From Lytechinus pictus (Eukaryota): DNA of 64,000 nucleotides. Below are positions 12,101-24,100 of this stretch, one piece after another. The stretch is taken from assembly GCF_037042905.1 (NCBI RefSeq), contig NC_087251.1, positions 21,702,001 through 21,766,000 of the forward strand, given 5' to 3'. Numbering within the stretch: position 1 is the first letter of the stretch; every line of letters starts with the position of its first letter. Below the pieces are notes generated by a model that worked only from the letters and a program-made list of their open reading frames with translations, searched no databases and was not told the origin of the DNA. The translations under genes were made by a program, and so were the position numbers.

Positions 12101-15100
12101 GACTGACCTTTATTTCTCTGGAAGTTGAATCCATCAAATAATTCTCCCTCACTACTACTCCTGGGTATCTGGACGGAGGTTACTAATGTTTGTTCCTCTC
12201 TTGTGGCTAATGATGGATCCACGGTCAAGGAACGTTGTCTTGTTAGGTTAGGGTGTGAGGAGTGTAATGAGATTACATCACCTGTTAGAAGGGATAAGAT
12301 TGGGGGAATATGGTTGCTCAGGAGATTTACAGAATTAGGAATGATTGCTTAGTCAACTTTTACAGCAAGTGGATTTGAACTAATAAATAATATTGAACAG
12401 GGCCCAGTAACTCCAAGGTGAGCGATTAATCGCTAAATGAAAAGGCCCATCAAGATCATCGTTGCATGCGCACTTTGCTTAGTAGACGGACAAGGAAACA
12501 ATGAAAATTATTCTTTCAAATTAGCGATTAATCGCTTACCTTTGTGTTAAAGGTGCCGTGGTTAGAGAAAAATTTATGAAAAAAATTAATGTAACATGGA
12601 AAGGAAAGTTACCGCAGTCCCAAGTTCTGCAGAAATCTGTAAACAGTGATAGCATGGTCAGTATGTAAATGGATTAGTCAGTATGTCGCATATTCACTTT
12701 CCCTAAATATTTCCAATATGAGTTTTAAACTACTTTATTTTGTACAGATATAATATAGAAGAAATCTCCACTGTTTCTAAAAGGAGATACAAAAACAACG
12801 ATATTACAGGATCCATGAGGAGTCACACCTTAATTACATCATTGGAAATATCAACATTTCATATAAAAACATACACACAAGGAATTGAATGTATGTGTGA
12901 TATCATCCTCACTCTTGAGCATATTACTCAAGTTAAGAATATCACTGCACCATACTACTCAGCATAATACAGTGATATTGATAGTGATGAGATTTTCCTT
13001 GTTATGAATGTTTGTTGATTGTTCCCTATTCATTCAAAGTACTTGATATTGAGGCGTTCTTGGCCTTTGAATGAAGCATAAATCACACTGCAATTTGTAA
13101 TGGTTTACGGAAAAAAAAAATCCCAGCTAAATGACAAATCGCAATTTTATTTCTTAAATATTGTTTATAATCATACAGTCACAAAATGCATTTTTTGGTT
13201 TGGTCATCTTATTAAGATGGAAAGTATGCTTAAAAATGTTATGTATCATTAATTCTATTATTATCAATATTATCATCATTATCATTATTAACATTACTAA
13301 AACACAACAATTGTATATTTGTACATGGCCTATTGCACCTGAACACAAAACTATGTGAGTCAGGGGTTGAAAAAACCATGCTCTCAGTTGATATAGGTGG
13401 TTGGGTGACAATGTAAGAAAAATGAATTTGTTTCCTCACAAACTGACCCATTCACCAATTAGGACACTAGTCCTAATCCTGAATTTGTGCTGAAGTAAAA
13501 CCTTATTTGCTGATTTCACTCTTTAAAGTCTGTACTGTTAACAATACAACAAAGTTTCAAGAGCATAAGGTTGATTTTAATTATGACCATTGAGCTTCTA
13601 TAAGATAATAATAAGACAAATTTACAAAAGGGAGGGTGGGAAGGAATAACAAACTTTATTAGAAAAACAAATACAAAACCATAATCCCATGATAAAGTGA
13701 TTTCTTTATAAAATAGCTCAGGGAGAAATTAAAGAGATTATAAAACCTATTATGAACTGGTTTATGTAGAACCAAATGTTAGTTTACTTGCAAGGGTGTC
13801 ACTTAAAATAAAAACATGATTTTGAAACAAGATTTCTATATGCACACATTGCAAAGCGATTCCAAACACTTTCTTTTGTACTTTGTACAATTTTTAACAC
13901 ATGAACATATAAATCCACAAGATAGTTCAATTGATGTCACAGTCAGTGCTCAGTTTGACCTTTTACCAAGTGACAAGCTCTAGAGAATGAGATCACCAAA
14001 GGCTAAGTCAAAAAGAAATAGATGCATGCTCAGAAGATATATCTTATTCTAATCTTGTTTCAAAACCACATTTCAAAACCTTGTTAAAGACCCATATTCC
14101 TTAGTTCTCATAATACATTAAATTTGTCCCTAAAATTACCATCTCTTACCATCTTCCTCAAAGGACAAGCCTTGCAAAATGAGATGCGCAATTGCCCCGC
14201 CTGAAAAAGCAGGAAATATGCCGAAAGAGATTACTCTTAAATGGTTTCTCTGAAGGACATTATTTTGAAGCTTTAATTTAAACCATGTTTTAAAACCAGA
14301 TTTCAAAACAAAATATATAATCTGCATCTTTTGACAAAAAATCTAATAATGTAATAATCACAATGTGTCCTATCACTTACCATCTTTCTCAGTCTGCCTC
14401 ATCTCTCTGATCCTAGAGAGATCACTCTGGCTTCCGATGGTGTTCATCTTGTTCCGCTTCCGCTCCAGCTCCTCCATGCTGTTAGGCGAGGTGGAGTCGC
14501 ACCGGCTCCACCCCCTGGAGAAGGATCGCTCATGCATCCCCTTCTTCATGAGGTCCACAGCCTGGAGGGACGGTTGGCGCCCTTTGCCCAGCAACCGTTT
14601 CTGCTTCTGCTCTGAGAGCTTGTCCAGGGGTAGGTTGCTCAGGTCTAGGTGATAGACCCGTCTGGCAAGTACTCTGGTCAGGGTCTCCATGGTTCTCTGA
14701 AACATAGAGATAGAGGAGAAATGAATTGAAAACAGAATATGCCCAAAAGGATTATTCAAAAGAAGTTTCTAATAGTCATCTTTAGTATCAATGACATGTT
14801 TGCCCTCAGTTTAGTATACTTTTAGAAACATGGTAATAGGTAATGCATTACTAGACAGCAGTTAATAATAAATACATATAATAACCAGTTCTTGAATGAT
14901 GCACATTTCATTTAAATTCAACGCCCTTGCCACTCAAACAATATGCTTAGGTACATTCTATAATACCACAAGTTTCAGAAACAGATTTTTAATTTCAAAA
15001 TTGGTCTTACAAAGTCACATATTCTCATCCTGTGCATTATCAGCCATTAAATTCAATCAGAAATAAGTCGTAACTATTCATACAAACCTTGTTTGAAATG

Positions 15101-18100
15101 TACAAATTAATAAAATCCCCCCTTGGCAATTCTCTATAGGGGAAGGCGGGGTAAGTTGTGACACGTTTTGCATTTTGCATGTTAGAATTGATAAAGACTA
15201 ATAATATTGTAGAAATAAGAACCTTACCTTTAAATTTGATTGTTTGGAAATATTTTTCACCTATATATAACTTTCTACCCCAACACTGAAATTCATTGTG
15301 ACCTTTGAAAACAAGTGGAGCGCCTCTGGCAGTCTCACCTGCATCGCGTGATTCAATAAAGCAGCAGTGCTGACTTTGAAAACAACTATAAAATAATTAT
15401 TCACAAAAAAACACCATTCATATAATGATAAAATACTACGTTCATTGACATTTGACCTTAATCATGTGACCTAAAACTTGTCAGTGATATCTGATTACCC
15501 CTATATCCACATTTTATAAACTAAATCTATAAACTTTGAAAGTTATGACAGCAATCTAATAATTACCTTCAAAATGGCCAAAGTTCAATGACCTTAAATG
15601 ACCTTTGACTTTGGTCATGTGACCTAAAACTCACATGAGATGTTCAATGACACTTGATTACTCTTATATCCAAGTTTTATGAACTAGATCCATACACTTT
15701 CAGAGATATGATGGTTATTCAACAAATACGGTACACCCAACATGGCCAAAGTCCATTGACCTTTGACCTTGGTCATGTGACCTGAAACTCTAACAGGATG
15801 TTCAGTGATACTTGATTACTCTTATGTCCAAGTTTTATGAACTAGACCAATACACTTACAGAGTTATGATGGTAATTCAACAAATACCCCCAACATGGCC
15901 AAAGTTTATTGACCTTAAATGACCTTTGACCTTGGTCATGTGACCTGAAACTTGCACAGGATGTTCAGTGATACTTGATTACTCTTATGTCCAAGTTTCA
16001 AGAATCAGATCCATAAACTTTCAAAGTTATGATGGTAATTCAACAGATACCCCCAAAATGGCCAAAGTTCATTGACCTTTGACCATGGTCATGTGACCTG
16101 AAATTTGCACAGGATGTTCAGTGATACTTGATTACTCTTATGTCCAAGTTTCATGGATCAGATCCATAAACTTTTAAAGTTATGATTATAATTCAACAAA
16201 CTACCCCCAATTTGGCCATGTGACTAAAGGATGTTCAGCAATACTTGATTAAACTTATGTCCAAGTTTCATGAACTAGGTCCATATATTTTCTAAGTTAT
16301 GATGACATTTCAAAAACTTAACCTTAGGTTAAGATTTTGATGTTGATTCCCCCAACATGGTCTAAGTTCATTGACCCTAAATGACCTTTGACCTTGGTCA
16401 TGTGACTCAAAACTCAGGCAGGATGTTCAGTAATACTTGATTAACCTTATGGCCAAGTTTCATGAACTAGGTCCATATACTTTCTAAGTTATGCTGCCAT
16501 TTCAAAAACTTATCCTTTGGTAAAGATTTGGTGTTGACGCAGCCGTCGCCGCCGTCGTCGGAAAAGCGGCGCCTATAGTCTCACTCTGCTTCGCAGGTGA
16601 GACAAAAACGATGTCAAATGGCTCAACTTGCCCCATCTGTGGGGTAAGTTGTGCCACCTTCTTGGGTAATTTGAGCCACAAAAACTATGTACAAAATGTA
16701 TGCGGGAAGAACCAGCATGTCAATTTTTTAATTAAAGTCTTTTCACTTGCTAATTTTCTATAAATACTAACATCCTCTAGAAGTAAAAGAAATGTCATGT
16801 GAATTTGCTCCTTTCTGCCTGCATATCAATGGCTTTTTATGGTTTGTTTGTTTTTTATCAAATATTAACATATATGAATTACCATGGCTCGACTTGTCCC
16901 ATGTTGGCTGGCTCAAACTACACCAGTCCGAACTTCACGCGATATTTTCACATCCACACATTTCTTATGCATCCATCATGTAAAAGACTATGACAAGAAT
17001 GAGAATCCATACCTGGACTAACAATATTGTTCTTATTTCTTTATTATATTTAAAGACATGTTTGGGTAAAAAGCACTGATCTATTTCACACCCTTTTTTA
17101 CTTTTTTGGCTGAAATTTGCATTTTTCCCTCTAAAAAAATACTTTTGTTTCAAAGTTGAAAACAATGTGGTGGGGTTAAGGGTTATGTAATGGGTCATCA
17201 ATACATGACACCACCATAATGTCTGACTCATTCAATATTGGCCTGGGGTTGGTGGCTCAACTTGCCCCTATGCTCAACTTACCCCGCCTTCCCCTACTTA
17301 TTGATTTTAGCAAATTTAAGAAAAAATATATTGGCAACTAAGTTAATTTTGCTATACAATGAAACCTGATAATGTTGTGATGAAGAATAGACAAAGAGGT
17401 ACTTACAGACCACTCCTTGATGAGTTCTTCCCAGTGAGTGAGTGATGATAGGACTCTGAGGAAGTCTTCCCAAAGGCTAGTGGACACCTGGATCTCAAGG
17501 TTGGCTTTGATCCAAGTGACTATCAAGGTCTTTACCAAGGAGGAATAACAAACTCATAGTTAGGGGTATTGCAAGAAAATAGTTGTAATCAATTGCAAAT
17601 TTCTGCAGCAATGAACAATTGATAGGTCAGTTTTAGCTCAAGGAAAAGTTTTCACTCCTTGTTGCGATAAGCAGATCTGCAATAAATTGCAAATTTGAAA
17701 ATAACTGCAAGACATAGGATCGATTTAGGGAAACCATTATGATTTATGATTGATAGGTTTCCCATAATGCCCCATCTGGATCTAAGCACTTAAGTTACTT
17801 TATGAATGAATTGATCTATAATAACCTAATTCTGAGCATATGTAATATACTATAGTTGCATTATCACATTAAACCATGTTGTTTGCAAGAAGAATGGTGT
17901 ATTTCTGGGCCCCGTTTTACAAAGATTTACAATTGATCCGATCAATTGTAAGTATATGGAAATCCATCAATGTCATAATTTTTCTTCAGGAAATTTGAAC
18001 AATGTCCTTTGAAAACAAGAGAAGCATACTAAATTGTTACGAAAGTATAGTGAATGTCTGAATATACGTCATTTCTAGAAAAAAATTTAAACAAACATGT

Positions 18101-21100
18101 ATTTTAGATGTTGACGTTGCTGGTTTTCCATAGTTGCTATTGATCGGACCAATCGCAACTCTTTGTAAAACGGGCCCCAATTATTCACTAGATAAGAATA
18201 AAGCATCAGCATTTTATAATAGTAAACAGAGGAACTACTAAGTAAATAAATATTTTCAACAAGCAACAGCAAAATGAAAATTTAAATGCACAATAAATCA
18301 AATAAGAACATACAACTATTAAAAATAAATCATTTTGAGATGTCATTGATAAAAACGACATTTGCCAATGTTAGTCAAATGCAACAGTATATCAACAAAA
18401 TGATAGCAGATTACACAAATAGAATTGTTCAATTTGGTAGATGATATTTGACTGGCTGTGAGGTTAAGGGTATTACGAGGCTACTAGTAATATACTAAGG
18501 CACTTACTTGAAAGAGTATATGTGCCAACTGTTGGCCTAAGGCAAGACGGGGTTTACTGGGGGTACCTCCCAAGATACTCTCTGTTACTCGGAGTAAAAC
18601 CATCAGAAGCTGCTCCCTAAAAAAAAACAATAATAGTAATATAGAACATGTCAAATAATCATCAAGTTAAAGTAGTGGTCACACCGCCAGAACTTTGCTG
18701 GAGCGGTCCTGGAGCAGTGAAAAAAGTCATCACCGCTTGCTACCATTCACCACCGTTTAACACAAGTTGGCCACCGTTAAGGCAACGCCATATACGCTCG
18801 GCCACCACTGATGGTCCATCCTAACGCTCCAAAAGTTTTAAGCTGCACAAAATATTGCGAGCGGTGAGGAGGGGGCAATTTTCCGCTCCGACAATGTTCA
18901 CCACCGATCCAACAACGCTCAGTCAAAGTCTGGCACCGCCAGACGCAAGTTCGTGGACACTTGGTTCAGCCTGGCCAATGCAGAAATCTTGAAGGCTGGA
19001 CCACCGCTGCAGTGATTAAACGTTGCACAAACTTTGTTGGAGCAGTTATAAGCGTTTTAAAAACGGACAAGAGGTTGCTGGAACAGTGTCGGGCGCTGAA
19101 GCAGCGATCGACTGCGGTGATGAACTTTGGTTTGGCGTTGGTATGGAGGTGTCACTGCTCGCTACCGTTAAAGCAACGCCGGCCTCAGCGGTGCACCGCT
19201 AAGGCAATGCCCGTGTTTTCAATTTTTTTTCCCCCATTTTGTGCGCGGTGACAAGCGTTGTCGAAATTCGACCCCCTCTCCCTACCGTTCAAGGAACGCT
19301 CCAACAAAGTTCAAGCAGTGTGACCATGGTTTATTGGGGGAGGGGGAAACCAATACTATATCTCAGAGCACCATTTCATGGAAATTGTCAGCAACAAAAA
19401 GCTGCCATTTACAGGCAACTTCAGCAAAAATCTTTGGTTTTGATTGGTCAACCTGCACTGGTGACTGCTGCTATGGAAATAATATGCATGAAGGTCTCAC
19501 ACAGCTCCCAAAGCATCTGAGGGTAAACAGTAATTCACTCCCTCCCTCAACAACAAAAGATTAAATAGCACACATAAGCAACAAACATGAGGATAAATCA
19601 CCCCTTTTAATAAATAAAACCCTGCACTGAATGATGTGTAGATAAAAAAATGTATAGAAATTAGTTGTCTTACCAGGTGGTTTTCTCCAACTTGACATTC
19701 ATGACTATATGTCTGTAGCTGCCAAGAACCCTCCTACAGATGTCCACTTGATCTCTGATGGGCCGGGTGGGGTCTGGGGCACCCGATGACCCTCCCCCTG
19801 GCTCCAGTAGGAACACATTGGAGGAATTGGTGATGAATACCTGGAAAAAATAAAAACACAGTGTTCTATGTAATAGGACATTTATTAATCAGAACTGTTC
19901 TTTCAAATTGTCAATTGATTGCACACTATTGGGTGTAATGAGGCCTTTCCACCAGTTTACAATTTGTATGACTGTAAAGTAGATAAATTGTGAAGACTTG
20001 AAGCCTCACCCCTTGCTTCTAGTCTTCACATCCTGTCTGGTTTAATACAGTGCTACTCTAGACTTAACCCTTATTCAACATAGAATAAAAATGTGGTGCA
20101 AGGGAAATTTCTGCACTGACGTGACAATATTGTAGTACGTACCTGGACTACTCTCTGAAGTCCTGCACCTACATTGCACTTGTTCATGTCATCTCTGATG
20201 GCCTGATTGATTGCACCAATATAAGAATTACTACGTTTAGCCTTGGTTCCATCGGAAGACACTGATGGGCTCTTCACCAAAGGTGGACCTCTGGTCTCAT
20301 TCTGAAACAGAGAACACGCGGTCGTTACTTATCTTTCGGGGTTATCTAAATTTCTTTGATTCTCCATCTCGTTGACTGTTTTATGAGCACATTTGGGGCT
20401 ATCATCATTTCAAACATTCTTCTCATAATGGGAATCCTCCTTCATACATGTATCTTTATAGTGGGAATGTTCATTGATTTACCACTTGAAAAATCTTGCT
20501 CAGAATAGTAATTATTACACCTAAGATTCAATGGCAAAAATTTTATAACTACTTTTTTGTGTGTATTAAAAAATAATTGTAACCTATATAAATGCAGCAG
20601 AAAACAATAGACATATCGATTGAAGTAGAAACCATATATTTATCTGTACTGCAGTTGATCCTTTACATCTTACTTATACAATGCATGGAAAACAGTCTGA
20701 AAACATAATAATAAAATCAGTGTTGCAGGTAAGCTCTCATCAGATAAAGCTACTGTAGGAAGGCTGAACCATTTTTAACACACAATAGCTCCCCTGCTAA
20801 GCTCTGTCTAGGCAGAAAGTTCATGCACCACTGAATACCAGCCCAAACACATGGCACAAATCACCATAAACAGGAGATGTTCATCATTGTGGGATTCCAA
20901 TAACACATGGGTAACTGCTGTTATTGTACCTACCATGGAATCCTTGATTGTGACCATTGGCGGTGGAAGCCAAACAATTTAGGGGGGACCACCAAAATTT
21001 TTTGACAAGCAAAAAAAAAAAAAGTTATATATCAACCAAAATTTTTAGGGGGGACCGACAAAACATTTTGACAAGCAAAAAAAAAAAAAAAAAAAAAAAA

Positions 21101-24100
21101 AGGTCATCAACAAAAAATTTAGGGGGGGATCGTTCCCCCACCTCAAATTTAGGGGGGGACACGTCCCCCCCGCTTCCGCCGCCTATGATTGTGACTGGCT
21201 TCTGAGCCTTGTTACCATGGTAGTTGCCATAATTACAAAGTTACAACAACTTCCAATCTTTTATGAAACAGGCACAAGTGGCCCATTTCATAAAGAGTTA
21301 CAACTGTTGTAAATTTTGCCATTATGGCAACTACTATGGTAACCTTGATTATGATTGGCTGCTGAGCCCTGTTACCATGGTAGTTGCCATAATGGTAGTT
21401 GCCATAATGGCAAAGTTACAATAACTTCCAGTCTTTTATGAAACAGGCACCAGAACTCACCTCAACTACTGGTAAGCACCCTGCAAATGTCTTATCAGCT
21501 GACTCTGAGGATGGACTGTCAATCTCACAGACCCCACCCTCTTGCAACATCCCACCTTCTTGCGAACCTTCAAGGATAGAACTGATTTGATTGGTCAGAG
21601 AGGGTGGATGTTCCAACCTCTTGACATTGTTCTCCCGGCTCGCCTCCTCTCCCTCCTCCGGTTCCTCCATGAAAACAGGCTTGACCATCGAGTTCTAAGA
21701 GACATTAATGAATCTCATAGGTCATTTATCAAATCTCGGTAATGATATCAGGTAGGATAAATCAACATGCAAAAAGAAAAATAGAGAATAACCAATTCAC
21801 AATCAAACTGTCAGGTAACAACCTCCAGTGTATTTAAAAATAAAAAAATTGAAAAAAAAACAGGTCCACACATTGGTATTTATATTGCATATAGCATTTT
21901 CATTTATTTGATGTACGATGAAAAATGAAATATCTTGGGTTATACTTGACTCACAACTGATGTGCATATAAAACATATAAGTACTAAGATATCACATACA
22001 ATTGGATGTATTCGCTGCACTATTAAATATTGCACCCGCTACACACTAAATTCTCTCCTTGACATTCCATTTCCTAAAACTGAATTCAAAAGAAGATCCT
22101 TCTCTTATAAGCAAGCTCCCTATTCAATAAACTCCCTTTTCAATTCTCTATCTATTGGCTAAATACTTATCATAACATAAACTCTGTTCTGGTATTCCTT
22201 CCTTCTTTGTTTCTTTTTGTTAATTTGTTTGCTTGTTTTTTATGTGTTTAATGTTAATTTTATAGATTATAATTTTTGTTTTACTCTATGTTAATTTTCA
22301 TTTGTATTAATGATCATGTATATGTTATATATCTCTTTATAAAGGTGGAAGGCTCCATGGTAAAGCTGTTTTTATAACTGAACCGAACTACCTTCCACCT
22401 TATTTTATTATTTGTAATAAATAAAACATGAATAAATATATAAAACATACCATACTTTGTACAATAATTTGGAATTAACTCCATATGTGCATTAATGTCC
22501 CAATCAGATATATTTGATGTTTCCGAGATCAAATTAATGTTCATTATTTCAATTACTTTGAAAAAGATTATCTCACCTTAAAATCCAATTGGTTTTCAGT
22601 AAAAACTATTCCCACTTTTTTTTCACCTGAGATGATGCAAAAGTTATCAAATTCTCTTCAATCAAAAAGAGTTTTGTATTACAAATAATGCATATTTTCA
22701 TTTATTATCTGTGAAATTTAATATCAATTGCTGTAATATACTTTATGTCAGACTTAATCAATTTTACCAAAAAGTTTCCTTCGATATTTTTGCTTCATCT
22801 TGGGCTTAAATCAAAAAGTGGTTTTAAATTGAAAACAAAATTTGACTTCAAACGGTAGGTATAATTCAGTTCACCTTAATATGCCTACAGCGCTAGATAA
22901 AACACAATTTTAATTCAACAAGCTCCATGTATAATATGTTAGTAAATACTTTACAGAGTTTCTGACTTGCGTAATCAGAATGATTTATATCTGAGGTGGT
23001 TTGTGAAATCACTCAACAGTACAATTCTTTTTAATAGCAGGCTACTATTTCTTTTGTTAAGCTTCATGAATACATTACATACAGTGGTGCTCAAAAGTTA
23101 GTGAGCACCACTACAAAATGCACTCCTTCATACTTGAATGTTGAATGTAGACAACACTACAATGTTCGGTGAGCCCAGAGAAACAAACTTTATTGAATGT
23201 ACTATTTTATCTCCTCACTTCACAATTAGCAGAAGCTGAAAACTTATGTTCATTTTCTGGTGGGGTTCACTAAATTTTGAGCACCAATGTATATCATGTA
23301 TCACATGCATAGTAAAGCTCTTTACATACATGTATATAGAATGATCCTCCACAAAAAAATTAATACATCACAATGATTCTCATAGTTGAATTCACATTAG
23401 CATTGTTAAGTTGAAGCTTTAGTGATCTGACTTTCCCACTATTGTGAAAAGGTAACAAAAAGAGGATTATCTACTAAATAGCCTTTTCATGGAAGTCATC
23501 AATTTACCCCCAAAGTTGCCATACTAATTAAAACATCCCGTTCAGTGTTATGTGCAAGTTTTAATGCAAGAGCTTATTGTGTCTGTGATTTTATGAGAGA
23601 TGAAAGTGGATAAATTTGCGGTCTTTTAAAAGAAGGACAAAGTAATCCAACGATTTAAAAAAAAAAGGTCTCATAAATTATGTTCTAAAAGCACTTTAGG
23701 ATCCGACTAAATTTCCAATTCTTACCTGAATCCATTCGTTGTATACCTTCAGGGATAGCTTCACAGCTTTAGATTCACTCATAGGAAGGAGAAAACCCTT
23801 GGAATAAGAACAAATTCAAACAAAATTAACAAAATTAGATAAGCATGGTCAAAATTATGCCTCTCCGATCATAGAAATGATGAAAGGGTAGAAATTCTAA
23901 TTAGCTTTATCAATACCTCTTTTGCAATATACATGATTTTCACACTGAACACAGACGGGCAATTTACAAGAGTGATATAAATAAGAAAAATACCTGTCTG
24001 AGGACTTCTTGAACAAAGTTGATATTGTCCCTGGTGGAGTAGAGAACCCTTTGGACCAGCTCACGCCCAGAGGTCTCCAGGTCATCCTGCATGGGTAGGG

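Noticed and set aside
14365..14652. plus-strand ORFs overlapping exons (also 6744..7067, 12125..12352, 21542..21742, 24091..24309)
   Set aside because: Antisense shadows of RalGAPalpha coding exons.
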